From contig JAPOQZ010000082.1 in NCBI GenBank assembly GCA_026710435.1, forward strand, positions 19,770 to 83,769: DNA of 64,000 bases. The letters run 5' to 3'. Positions 7,565 through 17,404 of the stretch are shown in pieces. The notes beneath the pieces are model-generated. The model was not told where the DNA came from. It did no database searches and was given only the letters and a program-made list of their open reading frames with translations. Each line of letters opens with the position of its first letter. Positions within the stretch are counted from its first letter, which is position 1. A program made the translations under genes and the position numbers. The stretch comes from a bacterium. GTDB lineage: Bacteria > Actinomycetota > Acidimicrobiia > Spongiisociales > Spongiisociaceae.

Positions 7565-8917
7565 TCACGGTGATCCACCCGAGCGCTTGTGCCGGGCCAG
7601 GCGCGCGACCGCCTCGCGGGCCCGCTCGGCTACTTCCGCTTCGTCGACGGTTTTGACGACCCGGTCCTCCATCACGATGCGCCCATCGACAATCACCGTA
7701 CGGACCATGTTCCCGTTCGTGCCAAAGACCATCCTGGGCGCCAGGTTGGCCCTGTATGCAGGGGACCGGATGTCGAAGAAATCCATCTCGGCCTCCACCA
7801 GGATGAGATCCGCCTTGCGGCCCGGTTCGATGACGCCGGCATCTACGCCGAGAGCTCGCGCCCCGCTGGCCGTTGCCATTCTCAGTACCCGATCTGCCGG
7901 CATGAGCTTCGGGTCCGCGTAAAGGGCCCGTTGCAGGTATGCCGCGGTCCGCATCACGTCGAACATGTCCATGGTGTTGTTGCCTTCTGTGGAGTCGTGT
8001 CCGAGCCCGACGTTCACGCCTGCTTCCAGAAGACGGACGGCGGGAGCGATCCCCTCTCCCAGCTTCGAGTTGGCAGCCGGATTGTGGGACACGTGGGTTC
8101 CGGTCTCCGCGATCATGGAGATGTCGTCGGGGGTCAGCCACACGCAGTGAGCCGCCACGGTCGAGGGCCCGAGCAGACCGTGGTCGTAGGCAACCTTGGT
8201 CGGTCGGGCCCCGAACTCGCTCAAGCAGGTCTCGACCTCTGCCTGGGACTCGCTCAGATGAAGGTGCAGCCCGGTACCGAGTTCGTTGGCCAGGCCCGCC
8301 GCCTCTCCCAGCATCTCCGGCGTGGCCAGGGGAATCCACTCGATGCCCACCACGACCCGGACCAGATCATCCGCGCCGCCTGAGCAGGCACGGAACGCGG
8401 CCCGGTTGTCCTCGAGGACATCCAGACCGTCCTCGGGACGGGCCACCAGGCTGCTGAGGGTGGCGCGGATGCCCACATCCCTTGCCGCCCGGGCGAGCGA
8501 CTCCACATGCCGGAACATGTCATTGACCATGGTGGTGCCACCCCGTAGCGCCCGGACATAGCTGTAGAGGGCACCGGCGTATGCGGTCTCGGCGTCCAGG
8601 TTCCTCATCATCGGGTACCAGTGCTGGAAGAGTGCCTGCTCGACCTCTAGCGACTCCGAATAGCCACCACGTTCGATGTCCGTGTGGAAGTGCAGGTCGA
8701 CGAGGCCGGGCATGACCACCAGACCCGTCGCGTCGATTGTGCGGGCTCCGGCAACCTCCGGGCCCGACCCCGAGCCGGCGGACACCACCACGCCGTCCCG
8801 TATCAACACATGGCCGTCGTGGTAGATGTCCCAGTCCCCGTTCAGGGTGACGACCGCCGCGTTCCGGATCAGGATGACGGTACGGTCGTCGGTGGCCGGG
8901 ACAGCCTCGACGGTCAT
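7565..8917 (-). CDS. Metal-dependent amidohydrolase (chlorohydrolase / aminohydrolase, TRZ/ATZ-SsnA-like)
   Basis: PGLVDLHFHT (HxH), HLHLSES, the late HD in GLGHDS and GRKADLILV are present. The ATG at 8917 forms an ATGA overlap with the ABC ATPase gene. Confidence 0.85.
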   Translation of the reverse strand: MTVEAVPATDDRTVILIRNAAVVTLNGDWDIYHDGHVLIRDGVVVSAGSGSGPEVAGARTIDATGLVVMPGLVDLHFHTDIERGGYSESLEVEQALFQHWYPMMRNLDAETAYAGALYSYVRALRGGTTMVNDMFRHVESLARAARDVGIRATLSSLVARPEDGLDVLEDNRAAFRACSGGADDLVRVVVGIEWIPLATPEMLGEAAGLANELGTGLHLHLSESQAEVETCLSEFGARPTKVAYDHGLLGPSTVAAHCVWLTPDDISMIAETGTHVSHNPAANSKLGEGIAPAVRLLEAGVNVGLGHDSTEGNNTMDMFDVMRTAAYLQRALYADPKLMPADRVLRMATASGARALGVDAGVIEPGRKADLILVEAEMDFFDIRSPAYRANLAPRMVFGTNGNMVRTVIVDGRIVMEDRVVKTVDEAEVAERAREAVARLARHKRSGGSP

Positions 8918-9708
8918 GCCCCGCCGGTCCCGTGCAGATGCAGTTCGGCCTTCAGGGTGCGCTCCAGCCGGAGGAATCCGTCGGTGATCTCGATCCCTTT
9001 CTCGCGCGGACGCGGTAGTTCGATGTCGAGCACGGCCTGGATCCGACCTGGGCGGGGGGTCATGACGTAGACCCGGTCCGATAGGTAAACGGCCTCGGCG
9101 ACGTCGTGGGTTATGAACAGCACCGTGGTGCGGATCTCCTCCCAGACCCCCATCAGCCACTGTTGCAGGCTCGTTCTTGTGTAGCTGTCCAGCGCTCCGA
9201 AAGGCTCATCCAGCAGCATGACCGACCTCTGCTGGACCATCGTCCGCAGGAAAGCGACGCGCTGTCTCATTCCGCCGGAAAGTTGGTCCGGGTAGGCGCC
9301 GGCGAACTCGGCCAGCCCGAAACGATCGAGATACGGCCCGACCAGGCTTCTCGCCTCCCTGCGGGAGAGGCCGTCCATCTCGAGGCCGAGAACCGCGTTG
9401 CCCATGACCGTCCGCCAAGGGAACAGGAGATCCTTCTGGAACATGTAGGCGATCTCTCCCAGCCGATCATGGCTGGGCCCCCCATCAAGCCGGATATAGC
9501 CCGAATCAGACGCTTCGAGGCCGGCGACGATGTTGAAGAGAGTGCTCTTGCCACACCCGCTGGGGCCGATCAGGGTCACGAACTCCCCCGGCTCGACCAC
9601 CATGTCGACGCCGTCGAGTGCCACAACCGGACCCGATTTGGGGCGGAAGGTCTTGGCCAGACCCTCGATCGTCAGGCCTCCCTGTCCGGCCCATCCCGAC
9701 GGTGCCAT
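8914..9708 (-). CDS. ABC transporter ATP-binding protein (NitT/TauT family)
   Basis: It has Walker A GPSGCGKST, the signature LSGGMRQR and Walker B LLDEPFGALD. Confidence 0.9.
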   Translation of the reverse strand: MAPSGWAGQGGLTIEGLAKTFRPKSGPVVALDGVDMVVEPGEFVTLIGPSGCGKSTLFNIVAGLEASDSGYIRLDGGPSHDRLGEIAYMFQKDLLFPWRTVMGNAVLGLEMDGLSRREARSLVGPYLDRFGLAEFAGAYPDQLSGGMRQRVAFLRTMVQQRSVMLLDEPFGALDSYTRTSLQQWLMGVWEEIRTTVLFITHDVAEAVYLSDRVYVMTPRPGRIQAVLDIELPRPREKGIEITDGFLRLERTLKAELHLHGTGGA

Positions 9709-9710
9709 GG

Positions 9711-10565
9711 TCACCGGGGATCCCCCTGCGTCTTGGGCCGGTACCAGGGCATGACGAGTCGCTGCAGGACCACGACCCCTCCGTACAGGAGAAGGGTGAC
9801 TGCCGAGGTAACGGTCACCGCCCCGAAGACCAGGTCGGTCCGCAGCGCGTTCTTCATCGTGAGCATGTAGATCCCGAGCCCTTCGACCGCACCGACGAAC
9901 TGAGCGATCACCGCCGCTATCACCGCGAACGACATCGCCACCCGTATTCCCGTGAAGAGTTGCGACAGAGCGCTCGGAAACCGCACCTTGAGCAGGAGAC
10001 GGACCCTGCCGGCACCCATCGTCCTGAGCAGGTTCATCGCGTCCTTGTCCGTGGACGCCAAGCCCTGAGCGAGGGCGACAGCCACCGGGAAGAACGTGTA
10101 CATGGCGACCACGGACGCATGGGACGAGATCCCGAATCCGAACCAGATCACGACCAGGGGCGCGATGGCAACTATCGGCAGGGTCTGGGATACCACGATC
10201 ACCGGATAGATACTGCGCCTCACCCAACCGAAGCTGTCGACCAGGACCCCGATCACGACCGCCAGTACGAGCGCGGAGCCGAACCCGAGAAGCACCGTCT
10301 GCAGGGTGATCCACGTGGCACCCCACAGGTTGGCTCGGTCGTCCCACATCGCATCCAGGACATCGGTGGGGGTCGGAAGGACCGCCGGACGTATGTCCTG
10401 CCAGCGAACGAGCAACTCCCATGCCGCCAGGACCGCCAGCACGGTGACCAGAGGAGGCCAACCCATTCGCACGAGGGACAGCTTGGCATCCGGACGGGCG
10501 CCGGCCGATGGTGAGACCGGTTCTGCTGCTCGCTTATCGGAGTTCTTCGCAGCAGACTTCAGCAC
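9711..10565 (-). CDS. ABC transporter permease (NitT/TauT family)
   Basis: The translation has multiple TM segments and an EAA-like loop (LASTDKDAMNLLRTMGAGRVRLLLKVRFPSAL). The start could instead be the internal Met near 10466. Confidence 0.85.
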   Translation of the reverse strand: MLKSAAKNSDKRAAEPVSPSAGARPDAKLSLVRMGWPPLVTVLAVLAAWELLVRWQDIRPAVLPTPTDVLDAMWDDRANLWGATWITLQTVLLGFGSALVLAVVIGVLVDSFGWVRRSIYPVIVVSQTLPIVAIAPLVVIWFGFGISSHASVVAMYTFFPVAVALAQGLASTDKDAMNLLRTMGAGRVRLLLKVRFPSALSQLFTGIRVAMSFAVIAAVIAQFVGAVEGLGIYMLTMKNALRTDLVFGAVTVTSAVTLLLYGGVVVLQRLVMPWYRPKTQGDPR

Positions 10566-10606
10566 GCGTCAGCCCACGATGTCCCTGTCGAGACTCGCCC
10601 TATCGG

Positions 10607-10715
10607 TCGAGAAGGGTGCTGAGCAATCCGCCGGCGGCCTGACAGTCACCGGCATGACTCCTGGGTCGGCGGGCGGCAGGCCCGAGCAATCGTCACTGTT
10701 CAGCACCCTTCGAGG
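10607..10715 (+). repeat. MITE-like palindromic repeat, copy 1 (most diverged)
   Basis: It aligns over its full length with 35238-35343, 57830-57937 and, inverted, 62702-62808. Its termini are GAGAAGGGTGCTGAGCAAT ... CTGTTCAGCACCCTTCGAG. Confidence 0.8.
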
Positions 10716-10717
10716 TG

Positions 10718-11879
10718 TCAGCAATCGGGTAGGAGTTCGTTGGTTGCGTACACCGAGAACTCGGGTGCTGTCACCACTTGACCGTCCTCGTCGAGTAGCA
10801 CACCCGACCGTTCCAGTAGACCACCGATACCGGCAAAGTGAGACGTCTGCACGCAGCCCCAGACTCCGTCCTCGTTGAGATACTGGGCTGCCCGGTACTG
10901 GGCACTCTCCCTGACCAGAGGCTCACTCTGCTGCAGGTCCGTAACCTCGCTGATGAGAATGTCGGCTGCCTGGTCAGGGTTCTCAGCCGCGAACGTGTAT
11001 GCCTCGCCCAGAGCCCTCAGAGCCCTCGCAAGTACGTCCGGTTGTTGCTCGATCATCTCCGAGCGGGCTATGAAGACCACGTCCGGATACACGATCTCCG
11101 GAATGAAGTCGACGTAGGGGAAGAGACGGAGTTCGGTGCCGCTCAGCCGGGCGGCGATCTCGCTCCACCCCTGGAACACCGCGCTGAAGTCGACCCGGTC
11201 CTCGATCAGGGCCTCGATCGCGCCGCCCTGCAGCACCACTTCCTGGAAATCGCCAGGCGTATCAGCCCCCGGCCGCGGCGAGCATCTCGGTAACGAGCGG
11301 TCGCTCGTGCGGAGTTCCGTATCCACCGTAGGACTCGGCCGCGTCCAGGTCGGCCGCCGTCTGGTACGGAGAGTCGGCCGGAACGACCAGCGCCACGTTG
11401 TTCTCCTGGATGATGGCCGCCACGATCTTCAGCGCCGAGCCGAGCGCCACCTCTCGGAGGATGTCGGGTGGATACGCGATGCCCAGGTCCGCGTCTCCTG
11501 CCTCGACGAGGACACCGGTGACGGTGAACGCCCAGGGAACGACCTCGACATCCAGGTTCTCGCGCTCGAAAAGCCCCATTGATCGGGCGATGAAGACACC
11601 GGCATGGTTGGTGTTGGGAATGAAGTCGAGCGCGATCCTCACCGTGGCCCGCTCCGGCGGCGGTGCTGTGGTGTCGGGTGCCGCCGTGGTGTCAGGGGCC
11701 GCCGTAGTATCGGGAGCGGCCGTGGTTTGTGGCGCCGCGGTAGTAGCAGCCGAGGTCGCCTCAGCAGAGGGCTCGGGCTCGCTGTCACCGCACGCGGCCG
11801 CTACCAGGAGCAGTACGGACAGACCTATCAAGAGCTTCCGGGCGATGCCTTTCCGCCCTCGTCCCAGCCGGTACCTCAT
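10718..11879 (-). pseudogene. NMT1/THI5-like ABC substrate-binding lipoprotein, split by a frameshift
   Basis: Two ORFs (11262-11879 and 10718-11326) together make one SBP. The N-terminal part has the signal/lipobox LLLVAAAC and a TTAAPD x4 linker (18-bp tandem units at about 11665-11754). The frames switch at a C5 run at 11266-11270; removing one base gives ...EMLAAAGADTPGDFQEVVL... Confidence 0.7.
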
Positions 11880-12037
11880 GATCTCTCCCCTCCCGGCATC
11901 AGGCGGGTCCGAGCGGCCCGCCGCCGAAACCTTGTGCATCAACCGTATCAGAAGTCCAGAAAGCCTGCTACGAAATCGTATGCCGAATACTGAAATGGAT
12001 CGACACGAACAAACCAAAGACACCTTACGGTTGCGCG

Positions 12038-13384
12038 TTACCGAGCCACCCGGTTGGGGCCGAGTTCGAGTACCGAGGCACGCAGAGCTGCAACACCCCG
12101 TTCCAGATCCTCAATGTCGATTGTCAGAGCGGGATTGACGCTCATGACATCCCCTACCAGCGCGCTTCCATGGTGGATAGCGCGGGCTAGGAATCCCCGC
12201 TGCCACATCGCCTCGGGGAGTAACCGGGTGACCTCCACCTCAGGAGGCAGAGGGATTCGCTCCGTTCTTTCCTCCACCAGTTCGATTCCCCGCAACAGGC
12301 CGCGCCCTCGAACGTCTCCCACCCACCGGAGGTCCTCTATCAGGTCTGCCAGGAGGTCGGATAGCAGGTCGCCCTTCTTCCCGGCTTGCTCGGCCAGTCC
12401 TTCGGACTCGATTGCGTCGAGTACCGCCAGCCCTACTGCACAGGACTGGGCGCTGCCGCTGTAGGTGTGGACCTCGGCCATCCGTCGCTGCTCGGCGGCA
12501 ATGGTGTCGGCTACGGCTTCACTGATCAGCGTGGCGCCGAGCGGGGCGTAGCCCGCTCCCAGCCCCTTGGCCATCGTGGTCATGTCGGCCACCGCGCCTG
12601 TGTGATCGAGGGCCAGGAACCTCCCGGTACGCCACATTCCGGTTATCACCTCGTCGGCTATGAACAGGACTCCGTGCCGGTCGCAGACCTCCCGGACGAG
12701 GGGCCAGTATTCGTCGGGGGGAACCGCCATGCCGGTCGACAAGGCGATCGGTTCGGCTATGAACGCCGAGACCGAGTGGGGACCTTCGCTCTCGATGGCG
12801 GCATCGAGAGCATCGGCAGCCCGCCGGGCGACTTCCTCGGAGGCCAGGCCCCGGTACTGCCCCCGGTAGGTAACCGGAGCGGGGACCTTGCCGGTCCGGA
12901 AGAGATACGGCTGGTAACTGCGGTTGATGTCCCACCGGCCGGTCATCGACAGCGCCCCGGCGGTGGCGCCGTGGTAACTAGGCGCGAGGCCGACCACCTT
13001 CCAACGGGAGGCATCACCTCGGGCCAAGTGGTACTGGCGAGCGATGCGGAGGGCTATCTCGTTGGCCTCGCTCCCACCGGAACTGAACATCACCCGGTTG
13101 ATGCCTTCCGGCGCCAGGTCTGCCAGCCGCTGCGCGAGTTGCTCCTGGGGGAGGGTGGTGCCGGCCACGGTGTGCATGTAGGAGAGGCGCCGGACCTGTT
13201 CCACCATGGCTTCGGCGATGTCTTCCCGTCCCTGACCGATGATCGCCGCACCGGAGACGCCGCTCGTCAGGTCCACCAATTCGTGGCCTGTTGCGTCCCA
13301 GAGGCGGCATCCCTCGGCCCGGACGAACAGCGTGTAATCATCGCCGGGGCTGCGATAGAAGACAGCAGACCGGCCGCTATCCAT
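12038..13384 (-). CDS. Class III (omega) aminotransferase, PLP-dependent
   Basis: SGGSEANE, FIADEVITGMWRTGR and TMAKGLGAGYAPLGA (PLP Lys) are present. Confidence 0.9.
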   Translation of the reverse strand: MDSGRSAVFYRSPGDDYTLFVRAEGCRLWDATGHELVDLTSGVSGAAIIGQGREDIAEAMVEQVRRLSYMHTVAGTTLPQEQLAQRLADLAPEGINRVMFSSGGSEANEIALRIARQYHLARGDASRWKVVGLAPSYHGATAGALSMTGRWDINRSYQPYLFRTGKVPAPVTYRGQYRGLASEEVARRAADALDAAIESEGPHSVSAFIAEPIALSTGMAVPPDEYWPLVREVCDRHGVLFIADEVITGMWRTGRFLALDHTGAVADMTTMAKGLGAGYAPLGATLISEAVADTIAAEQRRMAEVHTYSGSAQSCAVGLAVLDAIESEGLAEQAGKKGDLLSDLLADLIEDLRWVGDVRGRGLLRGIELVEERTERIPLPPEVEVTRLLPEAMWQRGFLARAIHHGSALVGDVMSVNPALTIDIEDLERGVAALRASVLELGPNRVAR

Positions 13385-13708
13385 CGAAGAACCCCCACAA
13401 CCGGATACGGCAGGGCGGGAATGCGATCCCCTCGCTCGGTCCCCAGAGAGGTCTCGGCGGGAGGCAAGCCCAGGCCGAGGACCCTGGATGCATCGAGGGG
13501 CTGTGCTGGTAGCCGGACGCCATCGCCCTCATCGGAAAAGCCATAGGCCGTTTCGCACCCGGGAATCCGTCGGTTGTAGCCACAGAGCGGTCTGCCGTCA
13601 CGTCTCCCCCAGTCGATCTCCCGTTCGTACACCTTATTGGTGGCCGGTCCATCCTTCGAGCGATCAAGGTCTTGAGAGAAGCGTAGATGCCTCGCCTGCC
13701 CGGAGTGC

Positions 13709-14941
13709 TCAGGAGTGGCGTGTGCGCCCGATACGCCGGGCCATGTAGACCGCTCCGAGTAGAACGGGTACGGCCATGACCAGTGCTGCCAACCTCACGC
13801 TCACCAGGGTGGCCACCGAGCCGTCGATCAGGCTCGCCACCGGCCGGAGGCCCAGGAAGGCCACACCCCACAGAGCCATCACCCGGCCCCGATGCTCCTC
13901 GGCGACGTTGATCTGAACGAGGGTGGTGGACAGGGTCACCGACACGATGTACATGATCCCGCCCACGAAGAGTGCGGCGAGACCCATGTTCGCGTGGGTG
14001 GACAAGCCGAAAGCTGCGACCGCCGCACCGAGTCCGGCCATACCGACCGCGATACTCCGGAACGTTGCCTTCACCTTCGTCACTACGAAGGCGGCGGTCA
14101 GGGCCGCTCCCAACCCGAATGCCCCGATCAGGACGCCCGTGAACGTGTCCGGCCTCTCGTATATCTCGACGGCGAAAGCAGGTGTCAGGTTGTTTACAGG
14201 ATCGACGGCGATCGACACTGCCCCGATGGCGAGCAACAGCGGGCCGATGAGCGGATCCCTCCGCACGACACGGATGGTCTCCCGCAGCTTGGTACGTTCG
14301 GCGGTCCTGCCACCGCGACGCCTCTCGACCTTGACGATCATCACCGCCGCAGCGAGAGCCAGGAAGGAGAGGGCGTTGATGGAGAAGGCCCATGTGAACC
14401 CGAGGGTCAGGATGACCCCCGCCCCTATCACCGGTCCGACCGCCCTGGCCAGGTTGAAGCTGATCGAACTGAGCGCCACGGCGGCCTGCAGATCCTTCCG
14501 CTCCACCAGATGCGGAACCAGAGCCTGCTGCGCCGGGAGCAGGAATGCCTTCGTGACGCTGAAGAACAGGGCGGCCCCTATAAGCCATACGGGGGTGACC
14601 AGCCCCAGGAAATTGACCAGGGCAAGGACCCCGCCCGCCAACGAAGCCGCTACCTGGGTGACGACGATCAGGGTGCGCCGATCGAAGCGGTCGGCAACCG
14701 GACCGGTCCACGGAGCAAGCACGATCAGACCCAAGAACTGGGAGAACGTGGTCATCGCCACCAGGAAGGTGGACCCCGTAAGCCGGAAGATGAGAAGCGC
14801 AAGGGCGATGTTCTGGATCCAGGTGCCCATGTTGGACGCCAGGTTGCCGAAGAAGTAGGGACCGAAGTTCCTGCGGAAAAGCACGCGTAGCGGCGGGCTG
14901 GGCGTTATGTCCGGTTGAGCGGCGTCGATGTCTGAGTCCAT
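13709..14941 (-). CDS. MFS transporter (EntS/MFS_3-like)
   Basis: The translation has about 12 predicted TM segments and a conserved PWTGPVADRFDRR loop after TM2. Confidence 0.85.
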   Translation of the reverse strand: MDSDIDAAQPDITPSPPLRVLFRRNFGPYFFGNLASNMGTWIQNIALALLIFRLTGSTFLVAMTTFSQFLGLIVLAPWTGPVADRFDRRTLIVVTQVAASLAGGVLALVNFLGLVTPVWLIGAALFFSVTKAFLLPAQQALVPHLVERKDLQAAVALSSISFNLARAVGPVIGAGVILTLGFTWAFSINALSFLALAAAVMIVKVERRRGGRTAERTKLRETIRVVRRDPLIGPLLLAIGAVSIAVDPVNNLTPAFAVEIYERPDTFTGVLIGAFGLGAALTAAFVVTKVKATFRSIAVGMAGLGAAVAAFGLSTHANMGLAALFVGGIMYIVSVTLSTTLVQINVAEEHRGRVMALWGVAFLGLRPVASLIDGSVATLVSVRLAALVMAVPVLLGAVYMARRIGRTRHS

Positions 14942-15018
14942 TACCCCGACCCTGGACGGTACTGCCTGCTGAGGTTATAGCCGGAGCTAGGGCCGGGGAA
15001 TATGAGACAGTTCGAGAT

Positions 15019-16011
15019 TCAGTCCGCCAGACCCATTTCTCGCAACCGCGGCAGGACCTGATCACCGAGCAACTCGATCGATTCGAACCAGCGATCGAAC
15101 CTGAGGCGCAGGTCGAACACCAGGTGCTCCACTTCGACCGCAGCGAACTTGGTGACCTCCTCCGCTACGTCTTCGGGAGACCCGGCGATAAGCGAACCTT
15201 GGATGTCCTCGGCTGTCCTGAAGACACCCGAAGGAGGCTTGACCCACCACTTGCCCCGTTCGTTGGCCCAGCGCAGCAGGCCGTCGATGTTGAGGCCGTC
15301 GAACGCCTCCTCTCGGGTCTTGGCGATGGAGGTGGGCGGGATCACCGCAACCGTGGGTCGGGAACGGCCCGCCTCGGCAGCCATCCTGTCCATTGCCTCC
15401 ACCCGCTTGGCGATGGTGGCCAGGGTGGTCCTTCCCGGCATCCAACCGTCGCAGTATCGCACCGCTCTCCGCGCCGAGGCCGGGGTCGATCCGCAGTACC
15501 AGAAGGGGATGTGGCCGGACGGTTTCGGCTCGATCGAGATCGCCTTGAGTTCGTAGTGGGCATCCTGGTAATCGACCCGGTCTGCGGTGAACAGGCGCTT
15601 CAGGATGTTGGCGTTCGACTCAACCAGCTCGGGTCGGAAGATGCCTGGCATCCCGATCGCCTCGAACTCGTGATCGAAGGTGCCCGCCCCGTAGCCGAGG
15701 ATGATCCGATCGCCGACCAGCCGGGCGAGCGACCCGACCGACAACGCGGTGTGGATCGGATGGCGGAACGGGATCAGCGATCCGGTCCCCAACGTGATGC
15801 TGTCGGTGACGGCACCGACAGCCGTGAGGGTCGTTAGAGCCTCGTAGAAGACGATGTTGGGGTTCTCGAGCTCTTCGTGGGGTTCGAACACCAGATGGTC
15901 CCGAACCCAGAGAGAATCGAAGCCCAATTCCTCGGCGAGCCGGGAACCGATCAGGATCCGCTCGCGGTTCGCGTACGCACCGAAATGGGGTAGGAGCAGT
16001 CCGAATTTCAT
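15019..16011 (-). CDS. LLM-class (luciferase-like) flavin/F420-dependent oxidoreductase
   Basis: The MKFGLLLPHFG... N-terminus with LGFDSLWVRDHL is typical of the LLM family. The SD is GAAGGGGA. Confidence 0.85.
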   Translation of the reverse strand: MKFGLLLPHFGAYANRERILIGSRLAEELGFDSLWVRDHLVFEPHEELENPNIVFYEALTTLTAVGAVTDSITLGTGSLIPFRHPIHTALSVGSLARLVGDRIILGYGAGTFDHEFEAIGMPGIFRPELVESNANILKRLFTADRVDYQDAHYELKAISIEPKPSGHIPFWYCGSTPASARRAVRYCDGWMPGRTTLATIAKRVEAMDRMAAEAGRSRPTVAVIPPTSIAKTREEAFDGLNIDGLLRWANERGKWWVKPPSGVFRTAEDIQGSLIAGSPEDVAEEVTKFAAVEVEHLVFDLRLRFDRWFESIELLGDQVLPRLREMGLAD

Positions 16012-16030
16012 TAGCGGTAATCCCCTTCTT

Positions 16031-17404
16031 CTACTGGCTGGGTCTCACATGACGGCCGTATCCGGGTCTCCCCTTGACGGTGCCGTCTCCGTATATCTCG
16101 GTGCCCCGCAGGAAGGTGCGTTCCACCGCCCCGACGACCTGCCGACCGTCGTAGGGGGTCCATCCGATTTTGGACAGCACGTCCTCGTTGCGGATGGTCC
16201 ACTCCTTGACGGGGTCGACAATCAGGAGATCGGCGTCGAAGCCGGGCCGGAGGTATCCCTTGGAAGCGATGTCGAAGGACCGGGCGGGTGCTTCGGCTAT
16301 CAGCTCCACCACCCGTTCGATCGTGAGCCTCCCCTGGTTGGCGGCGTCGAGCATCAGGGGCACCTGGTGCTGGATTCCGGGAGTGCCGGTGTGGGCAGCC
16401 CACATGTCATCCCAGCCGACATCCTTCTCCGCTCGGGTGTGGGGAGCATGATCCGAGGACACGATGTCGATCGTTCCGTCAGCCAGGGCCTCCCAGATAG
16501 CCTCCCGGTGGTGATCGGGCACCCAGTAGGAGAGGCAGTACGGCCCTAACTCGAGCACGTCCTCCCATGTGCTCAGGAATAGGGCCCAGTGATTGACCTC
16601 CCCCGTGACCGGGATGCCTTCGTCCTTGGCCCGGCGGATCATCTCTATCCCCTCGGTGGTCTGGACATGGACGATGTGGAGGCGGCAGCCGGTGGCCTTC
16701 GCCATCCGCAGGAGGGTGGCGGTGGCGGTGTCCCAGATGATGCCGTCGTAGGCGGCAAGGGTTTTGGCATACGCTTCCGGGCTGCGGTCACCCCTCTTCC
16801 AGTAGCCCTGCTCGACATGGTCCATCAGGGCCTGGTCGTGCGGGTGGACCATGAAGATGCGTCCCGTTTCCTCGACGTCCTCGAACATCTGCAGCAGGTG
16901 GCCGTGGTCGTGGATGCCCGTGCCGGCCGGATGGGGATACGTGCGGCCGGTGTCAACCACCATGTAGACCTTGAAGGCTGCCACTCCCGCCTCGGCCATG
17001 GCCTCGGTCTCGCCGTGGGTGGGCACCGGGTTGTGGTTGTAGTCGACGATACTCCTGGCCCCGTAGAGGTCCAGAACCTCTTCGAGGTAGGTCCTGGTCA
17101 CGGTCGGGGGATCGAGGTTGGGCATCCCGAACATGGTCGTCACCCCGCCGGCCGCGGCGGCCTGGGAACAGGTGATCAGGTCTTCCTTGTGCGTGTAACC
17201 GGGCTCCCGGGTGTGGACGTGGACGTCCACCATGCCGGGCAGCACCAGCTTGCCGATGGCGTCCACCACTCGGTCCGCCTCCGCGCCGGCGCCACCACCG
17301 GCGGCGACCTCGACTATCCGCCCACCGGAGACGAGGATGTCTGCCCGTTGCCGGCCCGAGCCGGATACGAGAGTCCCTCCGACTACCGCCAGATCGTATG
17401 TCAT
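16031..17404 (-). CDS. Cyclic amidohydrolase (dihydroorotase / allantoinase / hydantoinase family)
   Basis: PGMVDVHVHTREPG (HxH), the 457-aa length and a late SDHAPH motif are present. Confidence 0.85.
   Translation of the reverse strand: MTYDLAVVGGTLVSGSGRQRADILVSGGRIVEVAAGGGAGAEADRVVDAIGKLVLPGMVDVHVHTREPGYTHKEDLITCSQAAAAGGVTTMFGMPNLDPPTVTRTYLEEVLDLYGARSIVDYNHNPVPTHGETEAMAEAGVAAFKVYMVVDTGRTYPHPAGTGIHDHGHLLQMFEDVEETGRIFMVHPHDQALMDHVEQGYWKRGDRSPEAYAKTLAAYDGIIWDTATATLLRMAKATGCRLHIVHVQTTEGIEMIRRAKDEGIPVTGEVNHWALFLSTWEDVLELGPYCLSYWVPDHHREAIWEALADGTIDIVSSDHAPHTRAEKDVGWDDMWAAHTGTPGIQHQVPLMLDAANQGRLTIERVVELIAEAPARSFDIASKGYLRPGFDADLLIVDPVKEWTIRNEDVLSKIGWTPYDGRQVVGAVERTFLRGTEIYGDGTVKGRPGYGRHVRPSQ

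Noticed and set aside
13267-13632. A 121-aa ORF (MYEREIDWGRRDGRPLCGYN...) in the 324-bp gap upstream of the aminotransferase gene.
   Set aside because: It overlaps the aminotransferase start by more than 100 nt in another frame. It has no recognisable motif or SD, and the second half of its translation is low-complexity. The gap may still hold a regulatory element, and a GGTCTCGGC...GCCGAGGACC hairpin lies near 13450-13483.
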